The notes under the pieces: model-generated
What the model was told of the DNA's origin: nothing
The model's database searches: none
Seen by the model: only the letters and a program-made list of their open reading frames with translations
Source: a virus
Lineage: Duplodnaviria > Caudoviricetes
Strand: one strand, 5' to 3'
IMG/VR virus record: IMGVR_UViG_3300022555_000043
Location: 1-64,000 of that record
Length of the DNA stretch: 64,000 nucleotides
Program-made: the position numbers and the translations under genes
Part shown: one piece after another, positions 25,663 through 35,106 of the stretch
Position numbering within the stretch: position 1 is the first letter of the stretch
How the letters are laid out: the number at the start of each line of letters is the position of its first letter

Positions 25663-26162
25663 TGAGAACTTTTGGGACTGATTTTCGGCAAGACTGTAAG
25701 ATTGACAAGTTCAGTCTGGATGATGAAAACGCTGTCCAAGCAGAAATGTACGCTTACTGGACATCGGAACTGCCTGCTTTGCGCAGAGCCAAAGATCAGG
25801 CAGCGGACAGGTTGCGGCAAATCATGTCCCAAAGGATTCTTTTCTACAAGCGCAACCCCCCGGAAGATTTGGTGGGCAAGACCACCGACAAGTTGCTGAC
25901 CGATCTTGTCAACATGGATACGGAAGTTTTGAACGCTACGGAAATACTCAGGCAGGCAGAATTCACCCTGAACACCTGCTATAATGCGATGAATACGTTG
26001 GATCAGCGGAAAGACAGCTTGGCTAATCTGACGAAATTGCATGTCAATCAGTATTACAACAACCGTAGCAATATCACCGAAGGTCAGAGAGAGGAATTCG
26101 GTGAACAAATGACTGGACGGATAGCTGAGAATCTTAAAGGTTCTCAAGCCCAAGGAGTATGA
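25662..26162 (+). CDS. Recombination mediator-like (UvsY-like) helical protein
   Basis: IDKF.LD.E...Q...Y..W coiled coil; next to SSB and RecA. Confidence 0.55.
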   Translation: MRTFGTDFRQDCKIDKFSLDDENAVQAEMYAYWTSELPALRRAKDQAADRLRQIMSQRILFYKRNPPEDLVGKTTDKLLTDLVNMDTEVLNATEILRQAEFTLNTCYNAMNTLDQRKDSLANLTKLHVNQYYNNRSNITEGQREEFGEQMTGRIAENLKGSQAQGV

Positions 26163-26164
26163 GG

Positions 26165-27142
26165 ATGCCTAGCAAGTATGATTTTGGTGCGGATTATGAT
26201 GATTCGTACAATACGAGAAACACGGTTTCCAAGGGAGTCTTGAACTTCAACAAGAGCAAGAGTGGTTCCAAGGTCGTATTCTTTACCGTGAAGGACGGGG
26301 ATTTCCCCTCGTTGGATATCATTCCGTTCGTGATCAAGTCCGCGAACCATCCCAAGGTCGCTCAGGGAAAGAAGCGGATTGGCGGCGTGGACTACCATCT
26401 CGATGTGTGGGTTCACAGGAATGTCGGCCCCGGGGAACTTACCGTTGTCTGTCTCAAGAACAACTACGGAAAGGCTTGCCCCCTGTGCGAAGCTGCCGAG
26501 CATTACAAGGAAGGAGGTGACAAGCAGGCTTTCGACAACACGAAGGCCAAGCGTATCTGCTACTACAATGTCATCGACCATGACCATCCCGAGAAGGGTT
26601 TGCAGGTCTTCCAGTACAGCCACTACCTCTTCGAAGCCAAGTTGATCGATCAGGCATACAATGGCAACAAAGACGGCTCCCGCACGGACTTTGCTGATCC
26701 CACCAATGGGTGGACTGTTGAATTCCGTGGCAAGAAACAGCTGTTGGGAACCAATTCCTGCACTGCCTGCGAATCTCTGGTGTTCAAGAAGCGAATGGAA
26801 AACCTCGAAAAGTACGTGGCACAGGCAGTGTCCTTCGACGAGGTACTGCAGGTTTACACCTACGAGGAACTGGAAACCATCATGGCTGGTGGTATGATAG
26901 GAACGGTAGAGGATACTGGCGAACCGGGAGATGAAGAAAATACCGAATACGTCAGGGCAGACGCAACCGAGCCTCGCACCGCCCCCCAACCCGACGTAGA
27001 TTCCGTACAGGCCACACAGGTTCCCCCGAAGGCCGACAATCCCTGTCCCAAGGGTCACGATTTCGGTATCGACAATGACAAGTTCCCAAAAGATTGCGAT
27101 GGGTGCCCGAACTGGAAACCCTGCGCAAAAGCCTCTCCGTGA
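26165..27142 (+). CDS. gp32-like single-stranded DNA-binding protein
   Basis: DIIPF, VH.NVG, VCLK..YGK.CP.CE Zn motif; acidic region; C-terminal Cys motif. Confidence 0.8.
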   Translation: MPSKYDFGADYDDSYNTRNTVSKGVLNFNKSKSGSKVVFFTVKDGDFPSLDIIPFVIKSANHPKVAQGKKRIGGVDYHLDVWVHRNVGPGELTVVCLKNNYGKACPLCEAAEHYKEGGDKQAFDNTKAKRICYYNVIDHDHPEKGLQVFQYSHYLFEAKLIDQAYNGNKDGSRTDFADPTNGWTVEFRGKKQLLGTNSCTACESLVFKKRMENLEKYVAQAVSFDEVLQVYTYEELETIMAGGMIGTVEDTGEPGDEENTEYVRADATEPRTAPQPDVDSVQATQVPPKADNPCPKGHDFGIDNDKFPKDCDGCPNWKPCAKASP

Positions 27143-27148
27143 GGAAGG

Positions 27149-27175
27149 AAAGGGGGGCTATAAAGCCCCCCCTTT
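27149..27175 (+). terminator. GC-rich stem-loop between SSB and RecA genes
   Basis: AAAGGGGGGCT-ataa-AGCCCCCCCTTT with short T tail. Confidence 0.6.
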
Positions 27176-27181
27176 ATCATT

Positions 27182-28288
27182 ATGAATACCAAACAACTAC
27201 GGAACATAGAGGAGTCATTGATGGCACCAACTGAAGAGGCTAAGAAGCCTTTGTTCTTTACGACAGGTAGCACCTTGCTTGATCTTGTTGTAGGTGGTGG
27301 CGAGAAACTGAATCCTATGCAATTCGGTATGGGTTATCGTGCCGGGGACATTGTACGGGATTGGGGCAATACCTCGTCATCCAAATCATTCAAACTGTGC
27401 GAGGCTATATCGGCCAACCACTACCGCTTCAAGGACAAGTTCAAGTGGGTCTATGACGATCCTGAAGCCGGAAATAAGTTCGATTCCATGAAGCTTTATG
27501 GATTCGATATCATCCCCAAAGACCCCGCCAAGGTTGTCCGTTCTAGGACGGTTGAAGAGTGGTATAACAACCTGAGAGATTTCTGCAACAGTCTTAAAGA
27601 TGATGAGTGCGGAATTTACGGGTTGGATTCACTGGACAGCCTTAGCTCCGACGAAATGGAAGAGCGCAAGGATGAACGCTATGCCATGCACTTGAAAGGC
27701 AAGGAATTCGACGCAGGCTCCTACGGAATGGCTTCCGCCAAGTTCCTGTCCCAAGAATTCTTCCGTGGGTTATCTATTGATCTGGCAAAGAAAAATGTGT
27801 TGCTCTATGTCATCTCTCAGGAGCGCGACAACGTAAATGCTTTTGGTTTCGCCAAGAAGAACAAGTTAGGTGGTGGCCGCGCAGCAACTTTTTACGAGAC
27901 TGTGCGGGTTTACAGTCAGTTGAAGCAGAGAATAGAGGTCAAGGATCGCGCAATCGGTGTCGTGATCAAGGTTGTCGCAGAAAAGACCCGTCACCCTCGT
28001 CCCTTCAGGGAATGCCTGATCCCCATCTTCTTCGAATACGGAGTTGATGACATAGGCCAGAACATTGACTTCCTATACAATCTCCGCACCCCCGAAGGAG
28101 AAATGAAGGACAAGAAAGCAGGAAAGCTACAGTGGGATAACGAGGAGCCAATGGTCAGGGATGTGTTGGTCACATACATTGAACAGAAGAGGCTCAAGGA
28201 AGAACTGCGGAATCGTGCAATCGAAAAGTGGGAGGCTATAGAGGCGGAAATCGCAGTCCAACGCCCTTTCAAGTATGAGGATGCATGA
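27182..28288 (+). CDS. RecA/UvsX-like recombinase
   Basis: TTGSTLLDL..GG, DSLDSL Walker B, ISQ.RDN, GG.A..FY..VR, K...KTRHPRPFR; variant P-loop GNTSSSKS. Confidence 0.9.
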   Translation: MNTKQLRNIEESLMAPTEEAKKPLFFTTGSTLLDLVVGGGEKLNPMQFGMGYRAGDIVRDWGNTSSSKSFKLCEAISANHYRFKDKFKWVYDDPEAGNKFDSMKLYGFDIIPKDPAKVVRSRTVEEWYNNLRDFCNSLKDDECGIYGLDSLDSLSSDEMEERKDERYAMHLKGKEFDAGSYGMASAKFLSQEFFRGLSIDLAKKNVLLYVISQERDNVNAFGFAKKNKLGGGRAATFYETVRVYSQLKQRIEVKDRAIGVVIKVVAEKTRHPRPFRECLIPIFFEYGVDDIGQNIDFLYNLRTPEGEMKDKKAGKLQWDNEEPMVRDVLVTYIEQKRLKEELRNRAIEKWEAIEAEIAVQRPFKYEDA

Positions 28289-28692
28289 TGCGTGTGGCAA
28301 AAGTGCATGCTCCTCCCCCGGCCCCGTACACCATAAAGGAGTACGAGGCCAGCCCGTACTGGAAGAAGAAGTCGGCTACCTTACTGGATGATAAAGCCTG
28401 TACCTGTGAAATGTGTCATAGGAAACGATGGAAACATTTGCCGAGAAAAAATGCATGGAAGAAATTGCGATTCTCGGTTCACCATACGACCTACGACAAC
28501 ATCCCCAACGAACAACCGGGGGATTTGCAGGTGCTGTGTTATGTCTGTCATCATTATAGTCATGTACTATTACAGCTACGGAATATATCCGAGATGTTCG
28601 AAAAGATAGCAAAGATCGTGGAGCAGTATTTCAGGTATGATAAGGACAGTTTCAAACGGCATAATGAAGATGCCAAAAGGAGGCCGAAATGA
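28285..28692 (+). CDS. HNH endonuclease-like protein
   Basis: S.YWK...CEMC...VHH.TY.N...E...DLQVLC..CH. Confidence 0.8.
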   Translation: MMRVAKVHAPPPAPYTIKEYEASPYWKKKSATLLDDKACTCEMCHRKRWKHLPRKNAWKKLRFSVHHTTYDNIPNEQPGDLQVLCYVCHHYSHVLLQLRNISEMFEKIAKIVEQYFRYDKDSFKRHNEDAKRRPK

Positions 28693-28877
28693 TGTTCACC
28701 TTATTCGGGTTTTCAGTATCTCAAGATTGGCGAACCATTGGATTGGATTTCTGTACTATATGTGGTGGAAATTTCTACGGTGGCTTGCTGTATTTTTCGA
28801 AATCAGAGTATGAACTGAACTGGGATTTCCTGTTCTTCCATTCCCTGTATAAACTTGTCAAGGCAAATCAGAGCTAA
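28689..28877 (+). CDS. Small hypothetical protein (62 aa)
   Basis: Coupled ORF; ends WDFLFF. Confidence 0.65.
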   Translation: MMFTLFGFSVSQDWRTIGLDFCTICGGNFYGGLLYFSKSEYELNWDFLFFHSLYKLVKANQS

Positions 28878-28887
28878 GGAGTGATGC

Positions 28888-30099
28888 ATGAGAGTCCCCG
28901 TAACCGGAAAAGTCTTTACCGAAGAAGACAAGCAAGCCCTCATCGACTGTATCAATAGTGGCGAGGAAATAACCTATGGTTCATATAATGTCAAGTTTGA
29001 AAAGATGCTGGCAAAGTATACCGGGGTTTCTCATGCATTCTTTGTGAACTCTGGATCAAGCGCAAATCTATTGGCTTTCGCGGCTTTCACATCCCCCGAC
29101 ATGTACGAGAAATGGCGAGTCCAGCCGGGGGATGAAATCATTACTTTGGCTGCCGGATTCCCTACAACTGTGGCCCCCATTGTCCAGTACGGGTGTGTCC
29201 CCGTATTCGTGGATATTGATCGGGACACGTACAACATAGACATTTCATATTTGGAAGAAGCCAGATCATCCAGAACTAGGGGTGTGTTCATTGCGCACAC
29301 TCTTGGGAACCCCTTTGCCGTAAAGACAGTAAAGGATTTTTGCACTCGTCACAACTTGTTTTTGATCGAAGATGCTTGTGACGCTCTTGGTAGCGAGTAT
29401 GATCATCAGAAGTGTGGCTCCTTCGGAGATGTATCTACCTATTCCTTCTATCCCGCACACCACATCACAACGGGGCAAGGCGGGGCTGTACTGACTTCTG
29501 ACCCACTGATTGCCAAGATTATCCGTTCCATGCGCGGGTGGGGCAAGGAATGCGTGTGCCCACCTAATCAGGATGATGTTTGTGGGCGTCGTTTTACACA
29601 GCAACACGGAAAGTTGCCTTTCGGGTATGACCACAAGTATGTATTCTCTAACTTTGGCTACAACCTTCAGGGTACAAATCTGCTGGCTGCTCTGGGATGT
29701 TCCCAAATGAAGCACATCGAGGAATTCAGTAAGCGCAGGAGAGATAACTTTGAAGTGTTGAAATATGCTCTTCGGAATACCCGGGTCGGTATGATGGAAG
29801 CGTATGCCTCTTCCTATCCTGCGTGGTTTGGCTTCCCAATCCTATTGCCAAATTATCTAATCAGGCGTGACATAGTAAATCAACTATCTGAACGGGGAAT
29901 TGAAACTCGCACATTGTTTGCTGGGAATATAATAAAACAACCTTGCTTTACTAAGAATAGTACAGTGAAATACAGACAGGTGGGGGATTTGTACAACACG
30001 GATTTGGTCATGGATCAAATGTTCTGGACGGGGGTGTGGCATGGACTCAGCCCCGAACAAATAGATTATCTTGCGAAGTCTTTGGTGGAGGTGCTATGA
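28888..30099 (+). CDS. rfbH: CDP-4-keto-6-deoxy-D-glucose 3-dehydratase (E1, RfbH/DdhC family)
   Basis: NSGSSANL, AGFPTTV.P, AHTLGNPF, EDACDALGS, SFYPAHHITTG (His in place of PLP Lys), CxC..C cluster, YDHKY. Confidence 0.93.
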   Translation: MRVPVTGKVFTEEDKQALIDCINSGEEITYGSYNVKFEKMLAKYTGVSHAFFVNSGSSANLLAFAAFTSPDMYEKWRVQPGDEIITLAAGFPTTVAPIVQYGCVPVFVDIDRDTYNIDISYLEEARSSRTRGVFIAHTLGNPFAVKTVKDFCTRHNLFLIEDACDALGSEYDHQKCGSFGDVSTYSFYPAHHITTGQGGAVLTSDPLIAKIIRSMRGWGKECVCPPNQDDVCGRRFTQQHGKLPFGYDHKYVFSNFGYNLQGTNLLAALGCSQMKHIEEFSKRRRDNFEVLKYALRNTRVGMMEAYASSYPAWFGFPILLPNYLIRRDIVNQLSERGIETRTLFAGNIIKQPCFTKNSTVKYRQVGDLYNTDLVMDQMFWTGVWHGLSPEQIDYLAKSLVEVL

Positions 30100-30590
30100 A
30101 CATACCTTCTTCGACATTCGATATAACCCAGTACACCCATTTGCGATACCATGGCAGCTTCATAATCTCAGCTTTCTGCGGTACGGGTAAGACTGACTTC
30201 ACTATCAACCACCCCCATTCCTCAATAGAACGCGAGTGCTGGAAATATCAAACCCCTGACTTCCCTCGTAATTATGTCCGCGCAATAGAAGTTTTTATTG
30301 GGGTCAAACAGTTCATATTTATTAGTACAAACCCCTTATCCCTACACAAGCTAAACACTAAGGGTATCCCTGTACTCATGGTACTGCCTGAATTATCCTT
30401 AAAGGCTGAATACCTCGCACGATTTTTGAGGCGCGGAAGCGATATCAACTTTGTGCAAATGCTGGACAGAAATTGGGAATCGTGGCTCACTGAAGCATAC
30501 AACGAAGAAAATAACCTGCATGTTATTTTGGGTAGTGGAGAATATGTTTCCAATATTCTACATCCTATGACTCTTAGGGGGCTATTATGA
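30096..30590 (+). CDS. Small P-loop NTPase/kinase-like protein
   Basis: IISAFCGTGKT; FPRNY; start moved to ATG 30096. Confidence 0.7.
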   Translation: MNIPSSTFDITQYTHLRYHGSFIISAFCGTGKTDFTINHPHSSIERECWKYQTPDFPRNYVRAIEVFIGVKQFIFISTNPLSLHKLNTKGIPVLMVLPELSLKAEYLARFLRRGSDINFVQMLDRNWESWLTEAYNEENNLHVILGSGEYVSNILHPMTLRGLL

Positions 30591-31582
30591 AACTGCCTAA
30601 TCCGAAATTCTGGGAAGGGAAGCGGGTACTCGTCACTGGTGCTGAAGGCTTCAAAGGCAGGTGGATGGTTCAATGGCTTAGCAAGCTTGGTGCTATAGTT
30701 GAAACCAATGAAACTATAGATATCTGCGATTACGAAGCCATGAAAAACATCATTTTCAAATTCGACCCCGAAATTGTCATCCATATGGCAGCAGTCAGTA
30801 CAGTACAGGAAGCTTTCGAGAATCCTATGGAAGCTATCAGAACCAACGCAATGGGCACAACTACGCTACTGCAAATTCTGAAAATCCACAATATGTGGAG
30901 TAGTGTGAAAGCCATCGTCAATGTAACAACCGATAAAGTATATCATGTTGTTGGGGCAGAACGAGGGTGTGAAGAAACCGATCCTTTGGGCGGTTTGGAA
31001 ATGTATGCTGTAAGCAAAGTCTGTTCCGAACATATCAGCAAGGTGTACCAGAAAACATTTAAGTTACCTATCGTCACTGTCCGGGCTGGAAATGTAATCG
31101 GGGGTGGGGATTTTAAGCGTTCCAGAATAATTCCTAACTACTATTTTGCCCAATTGGAAAACACCCCTCTGGAAATCAATGCCACAGCTATCCGTCCTTG
31201 GCAATACATACTGGATTGCTTATGCGGCTATTTGCTGTTGTGCGAAAAATTATATAATAACGACGCCTATACAGGCGCGTGGAATTTTGCATCCAATGAA
31301 TTCGAAAGCCGTTCTGTAGAATGGATTGTTAAAGAAATGAACAAATATTTTGATCATCCTATAGATATTGCCCGTATCAATTCCAGATTATATTATGAAA
31401 CCAACACTCTTAAATTGAACAGCAGAAAGTCTCACGATGTGTTGCAGTGGACACCCAAATATGATATGCAGGAAATGGTGCGCCGAACGGCAGAGTGGTA
31501 CAGAAATTACATGATGGGGCATAGTGCAGAAGCCTTGAATGAATTCGAAATCAATGCTTATATGAATGAGGGGCAGGAATGA
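30587..31582 (+). CDS. rfbG: CDP-glucose 4,6-dehydratase
   Basis: FWEGKRVLVTG..GFKG.W, TTDKVY, YxxSK, RAGNVIGGGD, RPWQ..LD.L.GY. Confidence 0.93.
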   Translation: MKLPNPKFWEGKRVLVTGAEGFKGRWMVQWLSKLGAIVETNETIDICDYEAMKNIIFKFDPEIVIHMAAVSTVQEAFENPMEAIRTNAMGTTTLLQILKIHNMWSSVKAIVNVTTDKVYHVVGAERGCEETDPLGGLEMYAVSKVCSEHISKVYQKTFKLPIVTVRAGNVIGGGDFKRSRIIPNYYFAQLENTPLEINATAIRPWQYILDCLCGYLLLCEKLYNNDAYTGAWNFASNEFESRSVEWIVKEMNKYFDHPIDIARINSRLYYETNTLKLNSRKSHDVLQWTPKYDMQEMVRRTAEWYRNYMMGHSAEALNEFEINAYMNEGQE

Positions 31583-33363
31583 AAATCGCGGAATACATCG
31601 CCCAAAAACTTCATGAATTAGGGATCACTCAAGTATTCTCCGTTGTTGGTGGGGGAGCGATGCATCTCAATGATGCTTTCGCCAATACTTCGGGGATCAA
31701 TGTCACCTATATGCACCATGAACAGGCATGCTCCATTGCCGCAGAGGGCTATCAGAGAGCCAGTGGCAAGACAGCCTGTGTAGTGGTGACTACAGGCCCG
31801 GGCGGATTGAATACCCTTACGGGGGTTATGGGACAATGGACAGATTCTATCCCAGTCATTTATGTATCGGGACAAGTGAATGAACTTACCACTGTCGAGG
31901 GCACAGGTCGGAGAGAACTGCGCCAACTGGGTGATCAGGAAGTCCATATAATTGATGTAGTCAAACCGTTGACTAAGATGGCTAAAACCTTAGAGAATGA
32001 TAAATATCTTGAATGGAATATTGAGAAGGCATGGTGGTCAGCACATGCTGGGCGACCCGGGCCTGTTTGGTTGAACGTCCCATTAAATGTACAGGGTGCG
32101 GAATTCAAACCTGCCAGTATCCATTATGAACCGCTCCCTCCCAAAGACATGCCGAACGAACATATCGAATTCATTCTTAGTATGATCAACAAAGCAAAAA
32201 GACCATTGATTATAGCGGGGCATGGAATACGGATAGCCAAAGCCTGCGCCGCATTTAAAAGTTTCGCATCCTTTGCAAATATACCTGTCGTTACTACATT
32301 TAATGGATTTGATCTGTTGACATCCAAACATTGGTGCCACATGGGTAACATCACCAACTTAGGTCATCGTGCTGCCAATTTCATATTGCAGAATGCTGAT
32401 GTCATTCTCATTCTTGGAAGCCGAAACAACATTCGGCAAGTCAGTTACAAATGGGAAAACTTCGCTCCCAATGCTATTAAGATGTGCATTGATATAGATA
32501 ATTGGGAATTGCAAAAACCCACCATCCATATACAACATCAATTTCATGCCGATGTGAAATCTTTCTTGACTGGGGCATTAAACCATATGTTCCTGCAACC
32601 TTTAGCCAAACATACAGAATGGTTGGCATGGTGCCAGAAGCTCAAAGAAAAATACCCCATCATGCAAAAGAAGTTTTCCGATGATTCGGATGGGATCAAC
32701 TTGTACACTTTTTTCAATAAAGCTACCAAGAATATAAAACCTCTTACGATTGGGGTGGCAGGAAATGGTAGTGCCTGTGTAGGGTTATTCCAAGCAGGCG
32801 TGGTTACAAATGCATCCCGCTACTTCTGGAATTCTGGTTGTGCTGCAATGGGGTATGCACTTCCTGCAGCAATAGGGGCATCTATAGCAACGAAGCGTCC
32901 TGTGTGGTGTTTCGATGGAGATGGTAGTTTTCAACTCAATATTCAGGAACTCCAAACCATTGTCCAGCATAAACTGAACGTTACCATATTCTATCTCAAT
33001 AATGACGGCTTTTCTTCGATCAAACAAACCCAAGATAATTTCTTTCATAGACGCGCAGGCTGCGATCCTGCTAGTGGGATTACATTTCCTCGTTTGGAAA
33101 GTATTGCCCAAGCTTACGGCATTACGTATATTAAATTGTACAACCATAAAGATGTCGCATATTGGACAAAAATGGACATAAAAGGCCCGATTATCTTTGA
33201 AGTAATGCTCCAAAAGGACTATTCTTTCGAGCCTAAACTAGCACCAAAGATGCTGGAAGATGGTACGATAGTAGCTCCATCATTCGAAAACATGTACCCG
33301 TTTCTTCCCCAAGAAGAAATTGACGCGAATATGATAGGAGGGAAGAATGAAAAACCCGTTTGA
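31579..33363 (+). CDS. Thiamine-diphosphate enzyme (acetolactate-synthase-like / YerE-like)
   Basis: GGGAMHLND, HHEQA, TTGPG, GRPGPVW, GDGSFQLNIQEL..NN. Confidence 0.92.
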   Translation: MKIAEYIAQKLHELGITQVFSVVGGGAMHLNDAFANTSGINVTYMHHEQACSIAAEGYQRASGKTACVVVTTGPGGLNTLTGVMGQWTDSIPVIYVSGQVNELTTVEGTGRRELRQLGDQEVHIIDVVKPLTKMAKTLENDKYLEWNIEKAWWSAHAGRPGPVWLNVPLNVQGAEFKPASIHYEPLPPKDMPNEHIEFILSMINKAKRPLIIAGHGIRIAKACAAFKSFASFANIPVVTTFNGFDLLTSKHWCHMGNITNLGHRAANFILQNADVILILGSRNNIRQVSYKWENFAPNAIKMCIDIDNWELQKPTIHIQHQFHADVKSFLTGALNHMFLQPLAKHTEWLAWCQKLKEKYPIMQKKFSDDSDGINLYTFFNKATKNIKPLTIGVAGNGSACVGLFQAGVVTNASRYFWNSGCAAMGYALPAAIGASIATKRPVWCFDGDGSFQLNIQELQTIVQHKLNVTIFYLNNDGFSSIKQTQDNFFHRRAGCDPASGITFPRLESIAQAYGITYIKLYNHKDVAYWTKMDIKGPIIFEVMLQKDYSFEPKLAPKMLEDGTIVAPSFENMYPFLPQEEIDANMIGGKNEKPV

Positions 33364-34435
33364 AAACCTCTTTGTGTTGGAAATGGCAAACAACCATCTT
33401 GGTAGTGTAGAACGAGGACTGGCTATCATCAATCAATTCGCCCCCATCATTCACTACAACAATGTCAAAGCCGCCATCAAACTTCAATTCAGGGATGTAG
33501 ATCATTTCGTTCATGAAAAATTCAAGGGTAACAAAGATATTCGATACATCAAGAAAACGGAAGATACCCGACTCACCACAGCAGAATACGGTACTTTGGT
33601 ACAGGCTATTCGAAGGGTCGGGGCAATCCCTATGGCAACCCCATTTGATGAAAATTCCGTTGATCTGTGCGTGTCTTTGGGAATGGATATCATCAAGATC
33701 GCCAGTTCCGATATCAACGACTGGTTCCTGCTCAAGAAAATAGCTTCAACACGGTTACCTGTTATAGTGTCTACGGGTGGAGCTTCGGAAAAAGACCTTG
33801 ATGCGATAGTAGATTTCTTCGATAACCGTAGCATTCCCATTGCCATCAACCACTGCGTTTCGCTCTATCCTTCGGAAGATTGGGAATTGGACTTGGATCA
33901 GATCGACTATCTCAAACAGCGGCATCCCGGGCATGTTATTGGCCTATCCACCCATGAATACCATGATTGGGCGGCTTCCATGTTGATTTCCTATGCCAAG
34001 GGTGCCCGTACATGGGAACGGCATGTTGACATTATTACCGATGATGTCACACCCTCTCCCTATTGTTCCATGCCTGCGCAGATAGATGTATGGTTCAAGG
34101 CTTTCCATAAAGCTAGGGAAATGTGTGGTGGGAAAAATATATCCCGGCGTTTCATCCCACAAAAGGAAACGAAGTATCTGGATGCTTTAGTTCGTGGTGT
34201 TTACGCGAAACGGGACTTGGAACCCGGATATGAATTCTCCAATGAAAAAATGACCGATGATTTCTACTTGGCAATTCCCTTGCTGAAAGGTCAGCTTTCC
34301 TGTAGGGAGTTGGTCAATAATGAAGTCTTAGTCAATCCTATCAAAGCCAATGAACCCCTCATGCTTGGACATGTGGGGGGTGTGTATCGAGACAACGAGC
34401 AACTTAGGGCACTAATAATGCAAAGGGGACTCTAA
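33347..34435 (+). CDS. NeuB/SpsE-family PEP-dependent ulosonic acid synthase
   Basis: EMANNH.G, KLQ, TPFDE.SVD, KIAS.D, STGG, HCVS.YP, GLSTHE, ERH, C-terminal RGVYAKRD. Confidence 0.9.
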   Translation: MKNPFENLFVLEMANNHLGSVERGLAIINQFAPIIHYNNVKAAIKLQFRDVDHFVHEKFKGNKDIRYIKKTEDTRLTTAEYGTLVQAIRRVGAIPMATPFDENSVDLCVSLGMDIIKIASSDINDWFLLKKIASTRLPVIVSTGGASEKDLDAIVDFFDNRSIPIAINHCVSLYPSEDWELDLDQIDYLKQRHPGHVIGLSTHEYHDWAASMLISYAKGARTWERHVDIITDDVTPSPYCSMPAQIDVWFKAFHKAREMCGGKNISRRFIPQKETKYLDALVRGVYAKRDLEPGYEFSNEKMTDDFYLAIPLLKGQLSCRELVNNEVLVNPIKANEPLMLGHVGGVYRDNEQLRALIMQRGL

Positions 34436-35106
34436 TGCGGACACTTATTCTTGGTGGAACAGGAGACATCGGCAGTAGTATTTGTTCTAAACTCGAAACC
34501 TTTCTTGGTGCGGATATCCAAGCCGTAGGCAGCGCAGATTTTCGCCTACAGGAGCCTTCAGAGATAGAAAGCTTTTTCAATAAAAACGGCAACGATTTCG
34601 ACACCATTATTCATGCAGCAGGCTATAACAAGGTGCTTCCCATTGAAGATATCGATTATTTTGAATTCCAGTATTCTTGGGAAGCCAACGTACTCGGATT
34701 CTTGCAGACTGTACAAAAATGCCTCCCCTACTGGAAACAACGCAAACATGGACGCATTATAGTTATCGGTTCTTTATATAGCGAGATTGCGCGAAAGAAC
34801 CGCTTACCTTATGTCATGGCGAAGCATTCATTATTCGGGGCTGTACAGGAACTGGCTTTGGAATTGGCCCCTTATGGGGTAACAGTTAATATGGTATCCC
34901 CGGGATATATTGACACTGGACTGACACGCCAGAATAACGATCCCGAAACCTTAGCGGATATTATCTCTCGCATCCCTTTAAAGCGACTGGGAACCCCGGA
35001 AGATATTGCCGAAGTAGTTGCTTTTCTAGCCTACAATGGATATTATATCACAGGACAGAATATCGTTGTAGACGGTGGCTATTCAGCCGGGGGTTTCCAG
35101 AAATGA
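34435..35106 (+). CDS. Short-chain dehydrogenase/reductase
   Basis: GGTGDIG, HAAG, YxxxK, VNMVSPG, P.KRLG.PE, G..I.VDGG. Confidence 0.92.
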   Translation: MRTLILGGTGDIGSSICSKLETFLGADIQAVGSADFRLQEPSEIESFFNKNGNDFDTIIHAAGYNKVLPIEDIDYFEFQYSWEANVLGFLQTVQKCLPYWKQRKHGRIIVIGSLYSEIARKNRLPYVMAKHSLFGAVQELALELAPYGVTVNMVSPGYIDTGLTRQNNDPETLADIISRIPLKRLGTPEDIAEVVAFLAYNGYYITGQNIVVDGGYSAGGFQK

